IMG/VR virus record: IMGVR_UViG_3300030319_000065
Coordinates: 1 to 55,056 of that record
DNA from: a virus
Length of the DNA stretch: 55,056 bases
Direction: 5' to 3' (one strand)
Below, one piece after another: positions 36,619 through 44,760 of the stretch. The translations under genes and the position numbers were made by a program. Positions within the stretch are counted from its first letter, which is position 1; the number at the start of each line of letters is the position of its first letter. The notes below the pieces were generated by a model. That model was not told the DNA's origin, did not search any database, and saw only the letters and a program-made list of their open reading frames with translations.

Positions 36619-36888
36619 ATGATGGAAGAGACTTATAATTTTAAAACTGAACCAGTGGAATGTGCAAGTGTAGCACCTACTATGATTACTCTGAATAAAG
36701 AATTGATGGTAACAATAATGCAAGCTAGAGAGCATATTAATAACATCAACATGACACTGTTTTCTGGTGATAGAGGATTATTAAATCCAGAAGGTATCGA
36801 AAATTTTATGCAAGAATTGACTTTCAATGTTGATAACGCAAAAAATTTGTTAGATGATATTGAAATGCTTGAAAAGGTACTTTTGTAG
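36619..36888 (+). CDS. Hypothetical protein
   Basis: ATG after AAGGAGG. 89 aa. Confidence 0.55.
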   Translation: MMEETYNFKTEPVECASVAPTMITLNKELMVTIMQAREHINNINMTLFSGDRGLLNPEGIENFMQELTFNVDNAKNLLDDIEMLEKVLL

Positions 36889-36891
36889 GTT

Positions 36892-37029
36892 ATGAAAGGA
36901 GAAAAAGGAACAAAAAGTAACGAAACAAAGTTTGAATGTCAGGAATACAATGAATATGGCATATTAGATTGTTTGAAAAAGTGGGGAATAGATATAAAAA
37001 GAGAAATGTCTGATGAAGAAAAGAAATAG
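36892..37029 (+). CDS. 45-aa hypothetical protein
   Basis: ORF read by hand. Confidence 0.3.
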   Translation: MKGEKGTKSNETKFECQEYNEYGILDCLKKWGIDIKREMSDEEKK

Positions 37030-37279
37030 AGTAAATAATTCAGATTGTTACAAAAGACTGTCAATAGCTGTTATCAGAAGAGCCTGTATTGATTATGTCA
37101 ATGCTTTGAAAATGCTTGAAAAATATCCGAATAATTCAGATGCAAAAATCGTGAAATGTGAAGTAGAGGATTTCTTTTTTGAAGATATGGGATTCTACAG
37201 TGACTTGCATCCCGATTATTTGATTTCAGGACTTAGGAAAATGGCTAAAACAGGTAAAAGAATTAATGTAACAAGTTAA
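37013..37279 (+). CDS. Hypothetical protein
   Basis: 88-aa ORF with a weak RBS. Confidence 0.45.
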   Translation: MKKRNRVNNSDCYKRLSIAVIRRACIDYVNALKMLEKYPNNSDAKIVKCEVEDFFFEDMGFYSDLHPDYLISGLRKMAKTGKRINVTS

Positions 37280-37293
37280 AAGGAGAATGGCTT

Positions 37294-37500
37294 ATGAGAC
37301 TATCGGAGTTGACTAAGCCGGAACTTGAAAAAATTAGAAAAAACGCCAATTTTACAAAGGACGAAGAAACTGTATTTGAAATGGTTTCAAGAGGGAAAAC
37401 TATTGTTGAAATTGCAGACAGAATAAATGTTTCTGAACGGACAGTAGACCGACATATAGCCAAGGTAAAGTTGAAAATTAAGAAATTGGAGGCGTTTTGA
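37294..37500 (+). CDS. Sigma-70 region-4 / LuxR-type HTH regulator
   Basis: FTKDEETVFEMVSRGKTIVEIADRINVSERTVDRHIAKVKLKI. RBS AAGGAG. Confidence 0.65.
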   Translation: MRLSELTKPELEKIRKNANFTKDEETVFEMVSRGKTIVEIADRINVSERTVDRHIAKVKLKIKKLEAF

Positions 37501-37616
37501 TGGTTAAAGTAACGATGGGTGGTCAAGAGGTCAACATAGAAGATATTGAACTTTCAGAGGATGTTCTGGATGTGATTGCTGAGTGTTGTAATTGACCAAA
37601 ATATTAAATGATGATA

Positions 37617-37651
37617 GAATGTGCCGTATGTATGATAAACACGGCACATTC
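37617..37651. repeat. Inverted repeat with 11-bp arms (GAATGTGCCGT/ACGGCACATTC) and a 13-nt spacer
   Basis: Read directly. Lies 22 nt upstream of the recombinase start. Confidence 0.9.
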
Positions 37652-37672
37652 TTCTATAAAGGGGGTAATTGA

Positions 37673-39034
37673 GTGAAAGAATGTGTTGCGTATATAAGAG
37701 TTTCTACGGAAAAGCAAGCCGAAGAAGGACACGGACTGGACAGCCAACGTAGAGATATTGAGAACTATTGCAGAAAAAATGGTTTGCTGATATCTGACTG
37801 GTATGAAGATGATGGCTATACCGGATCCAACATGAACAGACCAGCGTTGCAAAGCCTTGTTACGGACTGTACGAAGAAAAGAGTAAAATGCGTTGTTGCA
37901 TTTAAACTTGACAGATTGTCTCGAAGTATGGTGGATGGAATATATCTGATAGAAAGAGTGTTTCAACCAAATGATGTTGAGTTCCTGTGTGTACACGATA
38001 GTGTTAGTTATGACAGCCCTATGGAGCAAGCATATACTCAGATGATGGCAGTTTTCGCACAACTGGATAAAAATACCATGATGTTACGTATGCGTGGCGG
38101 TATGTTAGAACGCGTGAAAAAAGGTTACTGGAAAGGTGGCGGAAATCCACCATACTGTTATGAATACGACAAAGAAAAAGGTATATTGATTCCAATTCCA
38201 GAGCGGGCAGAACAAGCAAATAAAGCGTTGGATTTGTTCATAGATGGATATTCTGATGAACGAATTATGAGGACTCTTGGATACAGATCAGAATTTATAG
38301 TACGTAGTATTCTAACTGGCGTAGTAAATGTTGGAATGATACCGTACAAAGGAAATGTATATCAGGGACTTCATGAGCCGATATTTGATAAAAAGAAATT
38401 TGAGTTTGCTCAAAAATTAAGAGAGTCAAGAAGAAAATCAAAAATGTATCTAAAAAGTGAACCTAAACTTTTAACCGGATTGTGCTATTGTGGAATATGT
38501 GGTTGCAAGATGCGGTATCAGAAATGGACAAATGGGAATTGTAAAATATACTGTTATTCCAGAAATCACGGAATGGAATATCTGCCGAATTATAACAAGA
38601 ATTGCAATAATACAGTAGAGTGGGCAGAGAATATTGAGAAACAAGTAGAAAGTGAAATCCTAAAAATATCAGTGAATCTATCAGAGCATAAGCCAAAAGC
38701 TAAAAAGAATAAACTTGAGATCATGGGAAATCAGGCTGATAAAGAGAAGAAAAAGCTAAAAAGGCTATATGGATTGTATGCTGATGGAAACGATATGGTC
38801 ATTGAAATGATAAAAGATCTTGAAGGAAACATTTCTGCATTAGAAGAACAAATCAAAGAAGAACGGAAGAGATCTTCGGACAATCAAAAAAGTTTTGTTT
38901 ACGAGAATATAAAAAATCTTGCCGATATATGGGAGAAAATCGACAAGACTCGTAAAAATAAAATATTGAAAAGTATAATCGAAAAGATTGTAATTGTCAA
39001 TGGAAATGTTGAAATTCAATTGAAAAATTTTTAG
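37673..39034 (+). CDS. Large serine recombinase (integrase)
   Basis: AYIRVSTEKQ catalytic-Ser motif and KLDRLSRS. Cys cluster CYCGICGCKM...C. 453 aa. GTG start after GGGGGT. Confidence 0.85.
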   Translation: MKECVAYIRVSTEKQAEEGHGLDSQRRDIENYCRKNGLLISDWYEDDGYTGSNMNRPALQSLVTDCTKKRVKCVVAFKLDRLSRSMVDGIYLIERVFQPNDVEFLCVHDSVSYDSPMEQAYTQMMAVFAQLDKNTMMLRMRGGMLERVKKGYWKGGGNPPYCYEYDKEKGILIPIPERAEQANKALDLFIDGYSDERIMRTLGYRSEFIVRSILTGVVNVGMIPYKGNVYQGLHEPIFDKKKFEFAQKLRESRRKSKMYLKSEPKLLTGLCYCGICGCKMRYQKWTNGNCKIYCYSRNHGMEYLPNYNKNCNNTVEWAENIEKQVESEILKISVNLSEHKPKAKKNKLEIMGNQADKEKKKLKRLYGLYADGNDMVIEMIKDLEGNISALEEQIKEERKRSSDNQKSFVYENIKNLADIWEKIDKTRKNKILKSIIEKIVIVNGNVEIQLKNF

Positions 39035-39040
39035 CACTGA

Positions 39041-39066
39041 CTAATAATCATAGGTATGATTATTAG
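39041..39066. repeat. Perfect 12-2-12 palindrome CTAATAATCATA-GG-TATGATTATTAG; attP candidate
   Basis: Read directly. Begins 7 nt after the recombinase stop codon. Confidence 0.9.
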
Positions 39067-39117
39067 CTTGTCGAAACGCCGTGTTTATCATACTTTCAAG
39101 AGCTGCAAAAATCATAT

Positions 39118-39164
39118 AGTCGCTTAAATGTCGTTTTCAAGACGTTTGAAGCGACTTTTTTTTT
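39118..39164 (+). terminator. Intrinsic terminator
   Basis: AGTCGCTT...AAGCGACT stem followed by a T9 run. Confidence 0.8.
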
Positions 39165-39194
39165 GCCAAAATTTAGGTACAAGGAGGGCATGAT

Positions 39195-39371
39195 ATGTTT
39201 TCGGATGAAATACTTGAAAAGATTTTTGGAAGAGATGATGTGATGAAAGTTCCGTTATCTTACCAGTCAACCATGATACATGCAGTGGAAGAAGTTCTGG
39301 AAGAGGTGAAAAAAGAAAATGCAAATGAATCCAATGAATCAGAATCAATACTTGCAGAATACGGGTTATAG
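39195..39371 (+). CDS. 58-aa acidic hypothetical protein (cargo cassette gene 1)
   Basis: ATG 7 nt after AAGGAGG. Read by hand. Confidence 0.5.
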   Translation: MFSDEILEKIFGRDDVMKVPLSYQSTMIHAVEEVLEEVKKENANESNESESILAEYGL

Positions 39372-39840
39372 TACGCAAAACCAGTTCGGACAATCTTATC
39401 CTGTATACAATCCATATCAGTATCAACAGAGGATGCAACAATATCAGCAACCTGTTCAACAGAATTATGCTCCGTCAGGTATTCCAGGGAAAGTAATTCA
39501 GACAGAAGAAGCAGTTGTTGCCAATGATGTTCCTATGGATGGATCCACGGCACTCTTTCCGATGCAAGATATGTCTATGATTTTAGCCAAAAGTTGGAAT
39601 GGAGACGGAACTATTAAGACAACCGTGTATAAGCCGATTTTAGACAATAAAGGCACTAAGACTAACAACTTACCACTGGAAGAAGAAAAATCGAAAATAG
39701 ACGCACTCAGCGAGACTACAGAGGCACTTGTGACAAAAATAGATGAACTGTTCGGAAAAATCGAACAGTTGGAGCAGTCTATGACTAAAACGACAACAAA
39801 AAGTCGTGGATCAGTTACGAAAAAGGATGGTGCGGAATGA
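39319..39840 (+). CDS. Q/N/Y-rich low-complexity N-terminus plus globular and coiled-coil protein (cassette gene 2)
   Basis: ATG 10 nt after GAGGTG. Begins MQMNPMNQNQYLQNTGYSTQNQFGQSYPVYNPYQYQQRMQQYQQPVQQNY. Confidence 0.6.
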   Translation: MQMNPMNQNQYLQNTGYSTQNQFGQSYPVYNPYQYQQRMQQYQQPVQQNYAPSGIPGKVIQTEEAVVANDVPMDGSTALFPMQDMSMILAKSWNGDGTIKTTVYKPILDNKGTKTNNLPLEEEKSKIDALSETTEALVTKIDELFGKIEQLEQSMTKTTTKSRGSVTKKDGAE

Positions 39841-40058
39841 ATATAATGCAGCTTATTGGAAAAGGTCCAGAACAATTTATACAGAATATGCTTAGTAATA
39901 ATCAAGTCATGAAAAATCCAATGGCGAAAAATACATTGGATATGGCTCAAAAAGGAAATATGCAAGGAATCGAGCAAATGGCGAGAAATCTTTGCAAAGA
40001 AAATGGCTTGGATGCTGACGAAGTAATGAATCAGATAAAAAGCAGATTTGGTTTGTAG
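39837..40058 (+). CDS. 73-aa hypothetical protein (cassette gene 3)
   Basis: ATGA coupling to the upstream gene. Confidence 0.55.
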   Translation: MNIMQLIGKGPEQFIQNMLSNNQVMKNPMAKNTLDMAQKGNMQGIEQMARNLCKENGLDADEVMNQIKSRFGL

Positions 40059-40131
40059 CATATTAGAGGTTTGCGCGCAGAAACTTAAGTACCTCTTTAT
40101 GAAAAATATATTTCAAGGAGGAAAATCTAAT

Positions 40132-40914
40132 ATGTTTAACTCAAACACACCTTTTACAATGCCCGTTATGCCGGCAACCGGAGGATATTCTGACGGTGCA
40201 GGATGGGGAGACGGTGGATGGTTATGGATCATCGTTGTCTTTGCACTCCTTTTTGGCTGGGGAAATAACGGCTGGGGAGGCTTCGGAGGAAACGGCGGTG
40301 GAGCATTACAGGGATATGCTACACAGGCTGACATTCAGAGAGGGTTTGACACTCAGGCAATCGTAGGAAAACTGGATGGTATTACCAACGGTCTATGTGA
40401 TGGTTTCTATGCTGTAAACAACAGTATGCTTACTGGATTTAATGGCATCAACACAAACATCATGCAGACTGGCTACGGCATCCAGCAGGCTATTAACGCT
40501 GATACAGTCGCTAATATGCAGAATACGAACGCTTTACAGGCTCAGTTAGCTAATTGCTGCTGTGAAACAAGAGAAGCTATTCAGGGCGTAAATTACAATA
40601 TGGCTCAGAATACTTGTGCATTGCAGAACACAATGAACAGTAACACCAGAGATATTATTGACAGCCAGAACGCAGGAACAAGAGCAATTCTTGATTACTT
40701 GTGCCAGGACAAGATTTCTACTTTACAGGCAGAAAATAACGATTTGAGAATGGCAGCTTCACAGGATAGACAGAACGCACTTCTGACTACTGCCATGACC
40801 GCTCAGACAAATCATATTATTGATGCAGTAAGACCAACACCTGTACCTGCATATCCTGCATCTAACCTTTATGGTTATGCTGGATGCGGATGCAACACAG
40901 GTTGTGGGTGCTAA
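40132..40914 (+). CDS. Gly/Trp-rich membrane-anchored, Q/N-rich, Cys-tailed protein (cassette gene 4)
   Basis: ATG 10 nt after AAGGAGG. GWGDGGWLWIIVVFALLFGWGNNGWGGFGGNGGG, a CCC motif, and a C-terminus GCGCNTGCGC. Confidence 0.65.
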   Translation: MFNSNTPFTMPVMPATGGYSDGAGWGDGGWLWIIVVFALLFGWGNNGWGGFGGNGGGALQGYATQADIQRGFDTQAIVGKLDGITNGLCDGFYAVNNSMLTGFNGINTNIMQTGYGIQQAINADTVANMQNTNALQAQLANCCCETREAIQGVNYNMAQNTCALQNTMNSNTRDIIDSQNAGTRAILDYLCQDKISTLQAENNDLRMAASQDRQNALLTTAMTAQTNHIIDAVRPTPVPAYPASNLYGYAGCGCNTGCGC

Positions 40915-41062
40915 AACCGAATGTAAATTCATACGGTTAAAACTGAATATTGAGTAACTTAACCAAGATTTAGACAAGGTTATGTCTGCATAAGCAGTAT
41001 TACAAGTAAAGAGGGCAGATCATAACGGTTTGTCCTCTGATTTTGATTGGAGGGAAAACAAT

Positions 41063-41485
41063 ATGGCTGAATATGTAGCAGTGGCAACACAGGAAGTTGC
41101 ACAGAATGGAAATGTTGTATTTACGAATACAGCAGTTAAAGGCTCAAATTGTATACAACACAGAGAGGGGAGTGGAATTATAACACTCAGAGGTCTGACA
41201 AACCAGTGTAAAGCAAGATTCTTTGTAGATTTTTCTGCTAATATTGCTGTACCTACTGGTGGAACGGCAGGAGCTATCTCGTTGGCTATCGCCATCAGTG
41301 GCGAACCTGTTTTATCTTCACAGATGATTTCGACTCCGGCAGCAGTTGACCAGTTTAACAATGTTTCGGCAGGAATCTATGTAGATGTGCCAGCTCATTG
41401 TTGTGTAAATATTGCCGTTGAAAACACAAGTACACAGGCTATTGAAGTATCAAACGCAAATATTATAGTCACAAGGGAGGCGTAG
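41063..41485 (+). CDS. C1q/TNF-like jelly-roll protein resembling the BclA C-terminal (exosporium) domain (cassette gene 5)
   Basis: ATG 8 nt after GGAGGG. Alternating beta-strand pattern with ISLAIAISGEPV...IAVENTSTQAIEVSNANIIVTR. Called by eye only. Confidence 0.45.
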   Translation: MAEYVAVATQEVAQNGNVVFTNTAVKGSNCIQHREGSGIITLRGLTNQCKARFFVDFSANIAVPTGGTAGAISLAIAISGEPVLSSQMISTPAAVDQFNNVSAGIYVDVPAHCCVNIAVENTSTQAIEVSNANIIVTREA

Positions 41486-41491
41486 TAAGTT

Positions 41492-42196
41492 ATGGATGTA
41501 AAGAGAATGCATTGTATGATTGAAAAACTCTCAGAGTGTGCGAAAGAAGAATTTGAAAAAGGTATTGAGTGCGTAGATACTGACGAGATGGGAAAAGTAA
41601 CAGATATGCTCAAAGATCTTGCTGAAGCTATGTACTATCGCACCTTAACAAACAGTATGGAAGAGTCTAGTACAGAAGAAGTACTTTCCATGTTCGACCG
41701 ATACGGTGACAGACGTTTTTACGACCATTACAGATATGCAGACGGGAGATTTGCACCGAAAGGGCATGGCTCATACCGCAGAGGATATGAAGAGCATCCG
41801 TACTGGCATATGACACCGGAAATGTATCGTGATATGTCACCGGAATATCTCAGGGACATGGATTTGGACTATGACCGGATGTATTACTCAGGAAAAGGTA
41901 CTTATCCACGTCCAGCAGGTCTGGAAATGGGAAACGCAAAACACTTTTACGGTGGTGATTCTGACATGATGCGTGATTCCAGAGAGGGAAAAGCCGGAGC
42001 ATACCGGAAAGCATATATGGAGACAAAAGAACTACACAAAGGAAATACTCAGCAAGATAAAGAAGCCAAAATGAAAGATCTGGACACCTACATGAAAGAA
42101 CTTGGTGAGGATGTTCTGGAACTGGTTCACGACATGACACCGGAAGAAAAAACGTTGTTGAAAACTAAAATGACAACGCTTGTTACGAAGCTTTGA
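41492..42196 (+). CDS. Tyr/Arg/Asp/Met-rich hypothetical protein (cassette gene 6)
   Basis: 234-aa ORF. Contains YRRGYEEHPYWHMTPEMYRDMSPEYLRDMDLDYDRMYY. Confidence 0.6.
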   Translation: MDVKRMHCMIEKLSECAKEEFEKGIECVDTDEMGKVTDMLKDLAEAMYYRTLTNSMEESSTEEVLSMFDRYGDRRFYDHYRYADGRFAPKGHGSYRRGYEEHPYWHMTPEMYRDMSPEYLRDMDLDYDRMYYSGKGTYPRPAGLEMGNAKHFYGGDSDMMRDSREGKAGAYRKAYMETKELHKGNTQQDKEAKMKDLDTYMKELGEDVLELVHDMTPEEKTLLKTKMTTLVTKL

Positions 42197-42201
42197 TTCA
42201 T

Positions 42202-42226
42202 GGGGGACGTTTTGTCCCCTTTTTCT
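42202..42226 (+). terminator. Intrinsic terminator
   Basis: GGGGGAC-gtttt-GTCCCC followed by a T-run. Confidence 0.8.
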
Positions 42227-42322
42227 TGTACATTGACAACTAAATATTGGCTAGTGATTTGTAGATTTATCTCCTGATTTGTGGTAGAATGTTGTCAACT
42301 ATCTAGTGAGGGAGGAACTATT

Positions 42323-42997
42323 ATGGGTTTTAGGTTAAATACTGGTGATAGTCAGCAAGAAAGTAGAGAAGATTATAACCAAAGAATGGTAAAAGGAATG
42401 AGATTATGTAAGTGTTGTAAAAATGAAATTCCTGTAAATGCTAAAAAATGTCCGGTTTGTGGGAAAAGGCAAAGTGGAGGTTGTTTAAAAGTTGTATTGA
42501 TCGTAATAGCTGCATTTATTATGATTGGGATTGTTTTTGGTGGTGACGATAGTTCTGATAAAGAAGCAAAATCGGATAAAAAATCAGAATCAACGCAGAC
42601 AGAGAGTAAACAACCGGAACTGACACCGGATGAATATAAGGCTCAATGTGTTGATTTGCCCTTTAATGATGTTATGAGAAATCCAGATGATTATGTCGGT
42701 CAGAAGTTTAAAATAACGGTTCAGATCTCCTCTGCATCAGACAGCGTAACAAATGGAAGATACTACAAAGCATACACAGACGATGGAAGCGGTTCATATT
42801 TCGATAAAATGATTTGGATTATGGACAAACGGGACGAGAACGCTGATGGATATGTAAAACTTCTGGAAGAAGATATTGTGACGTTTTATGGAGAATTTAA
42901 CGGACTGCAAAAAAGTGAAAACAGCTTGAGTGGAGAAAAAACAGAAGACATGAGTCTTGATATTTACTATGCAGATATCGTACAAGCAGCAGAATAA
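42323..42997 (+). CDS. Zinc-ribbon / single-TM / extracellular-domain protein (moron; possible superinfection exclusion)
   Basis: ATG after GAGGGAGG. CKCCKNE..CPVCGK, then a TM helix. Extended -10 TGgTAGAAT at 42282-90. Confidence 0.6.
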   Translation: MGFRLNTGDSQQESREDYNQRMVKGMRLCKCCKNEIPVNAKKCPVCGKRQSGGCLKVVLIVIAAFIMIGIVFGGDDSSDKEAKSDKKSESTQTESKQPELTPDEYKAQCVDLPFNDVMRNPDDYVGQKFKITVQISSASDSVTNGRYYKAYTDDGSGSYFDKMIWIMDKRDENADGYVKLLEEDIVTFYGEFNGLQKSENSLSGEKTEDMSLDIYYADIVQAAE

Positions 42998-43005
42998 CAT
43001 TTTCT

Positions 43006-43034
43006 AGCCAGTGCCAAAAGGTACTGGCTTTTTT
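43006..43034 (+). terminator. Intrinsic terminator
   Basis: AGCCAGTGCC-aaaa-GGTACTGGCT followed by T6. Confidence 0.8.
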
Positions 43035-43043
43035 AGAAAAACG

Positions 43044-43072
43044 GTTGACTTTTTTGTGCGTACAGTATATAT
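43044..43072 (+). promoter_or_regulatory. Sigma-A-type promoter
   Basis: TTGACT, 17-nt spacer, TATATT. Confidence 0.55.
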
Positions 43073-43102
43073 TAAATGTACGGACAGAAAAGAGGTGGTT
43101 AT

Positions 43103-43276
43103 ATGTCCCCCACAAAGGGCAGACCAAAACTTGACAATCCCAAAAATGAAAGAATATATATTCGCGTTACAAAAAATGAGAAAAAAGAAATAATGGATTT
43201 TTCTGAAAAAAGCGGGTATACAATACTTGATTTGATTAAAATTGGAATTGAAAAAGTAAAAGGTCAAAAAAAATAA
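43103..43276 (+). CDS. Ribbon-helix-helix (CopG/MobC-like) DNA-binding protein
   Basis: KGRPKLDNPKNERIYIRVTKNEKKEIMDFSEKSGYTILDLI. Confidence 0.5.
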   Translation: MSPTKGRPKLDNPKNERIYIRVTKNEKKEIMDFSEKSGYTILDLIKIGIEKVKGQKK

Positions 43277-43394
43277 AGCGTTGCACCGCTACCAACGAAA
43301 ACAACGCTTTAAGCTACCAATCACAAGGATTGATAAATCTATTCTATCAGTTCTGTGATTATAATTCAAATGTTTTTTGAAAGGACGATGGAAT

Positions 43395-43652
43395 ATGGAA
43401 GAATTCGCAAAGATGATATATGAGCAATGGTGTGAAACTGATGAAGCAGAAGAATTTAGTTGGGGACGAGAGTATGAAGAATCTTGGAAAAAGGTTTATG
43501 ACATACTCAATGAAAAACTGGCTACTGATATTGAATGCTCTATAAATAAAAGAGTATGGGATATTCAGGAAAAATCGTTTATTGCCGGTTTTTCTTATGC
43601 TTGCAAATGTTTGTCTGCCGGAAAGATTGATTTGAAAGGCGGTGCGAACTAA
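43395..43652 (+). CDS. Hypothetical protein
   Basis: ORF starting MEEFAKM. Confidence 0.45.
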   Translation: MEEFAKMIYEQWCETDEAEEFSWGREYEESWKKVYDILNEKLATDIECSINKRVWDIQEKSFIAGFSYACKCLSAGKIDLKGGAN

Positions 43653-44347
43653 TGAGCAATATTATTACAGTAGAAAACACCGAAATGCAGATCAGAGAGT
43701 ATAATGGTGAGAGGGTAGTTACTTTTGATGATATTTGCAAAGCGCATAAATGTGAGAGAAAAAGACTTACACGACATTTTGAAAGAAAACGCAAGTATTT
43801 TATAAAAGATGAAGACTACTATCAATTAACAAGAAAAGAGTTAGGCGACCTCACGTCGCCCAAAGAAAAAATAGTAGGAAATCCAAATCTTAAAACTTAT
43901 TTGTTTACTGAAAGCGGTTATCTAATGGTTATAAAATGTTTGGATGATGATATTGCTTGGCAAGTACAACGGCAGTTGGTGAACACGTACTTTAAAGCAA
44001 AGGAAGAGTCAGTGCAGCTATTGTTGTCAGAAGAACCAGAGCCGAAGTATAAGACAAGTGATACGAAGATAAGATTGAATCCGGTATGGTACGAAAGAAA
44101 CAGACGTACAATAGAGCATATCTGTAGGAGTGCTAACTTGCCAAAGAAAACCTTGTATCATGAAATCTTGGTGTATCTTGGTGAGCAATACGATCTGGAC
44201 TATGCAAACTATCTATACCAAAAGGAAACAGGCAATCCACCGAAGTACCCGATGGACATAGTAAATTACTTTACACAGCTTGGAGAAGAAGCTGACGGGT
44301 ATCTAAAGCGATTGGAAACGAAAATGCGTGAGTTGAACTATATGTAA
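43652..44347 (+). CDS. ORF6N/KilA-N-type DNA-binding (antirepressor-like) protein
   Basis: QIREYNGERVVTFDDICKAHK......HFERKRKYFIKDEDYYQL...YLFTESGYLMVIKCLDDDIAWQVQRQLVNTYF. Confidence 0.6.
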   Translation: MSNIITVENTEMQIREYNGERVVTFDDICKAHKCERKRLTRHFERKRKYFIKDEDYYQLTRKELGDLTSPKEKIVGNPNLKTYLFTESGYLMVIKCLDDDIAWQVQRQLVNTYFKAKEESVQLLLSEEPEPKYKTSDTKIRLNPVWYERNRRTIEHICRSANLPKKTLYHEILVYLGEQYDLDYANYLYQKETGNPPKYPMDIVNYFTQLGEEADGYLKRLETKMRELNYM

Positions 44348-44439
44348 ACTAATTTGGACTAACTTGGACTAAATTCAGAAACCACTAGCCAATATTTGGT
44401 TGGTGGTTTTTTAATGTCTAAATAAAGGATGGTGATACT

Positions 44440-44760
44440 ATGAGGTTCAAAATAAATGGGATAGAATGGCAGACAGTAGAGGTGCCATCGTCTGATGGTT
44501 CTCTGAGACGTTCTGACGGGTCTTTAAGCGTTGGAGTAACAGATAATGGAACATACTGCATCTATCTATCAAAATCGCTTAGAGGGGCATTTAAGCGCAA
44601 AGTAATGATACATGAGGTTTGCCATGCTTTTATGTTTTCGTATGGTGTGATAATACCGATAGAACAGGAAGAGTTTATCTGTGATTTTGTAGCAACCTAT
44701 GGGGATGATATTTTTAGCGTAGTTGATATGATGGAACGAACCATGAAAAGAGCTATATAA
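44440..44760 (+). CDS. Small HExxH metallopeptidase-like protein
   Basis: Motif MIHEVCHAF. 106 aa. Confidence 0.5.
   Translation: MRFKINGIEWQTVEVPSSDGSLRRSDGSLSVGVTDNGTYCIYLSKSLRGAFKRKVMIHEVCHAFMFSYGVIIPIEQEEFICDFVATYGDDIFSVVDMMERTMKRAI

Noticed and set aside
39067-39117. A sporulation-sigma (SigE/SigK-like CATACTTT or CATATAGT) promoter for the cargo cassette.
   Set aside because: The matches are partial and lie upstream of the strong terminator at 39118-64. The motif match is too weak to call a promoter without expression data.
39124-39459. The minus-strand ORF 39124..39459.
   Set aside because: It spans a + strand terminator and two RBS-supported + strand ORFs, and its leucine/isoleucine-rich sequence is typical of an antisense frame.
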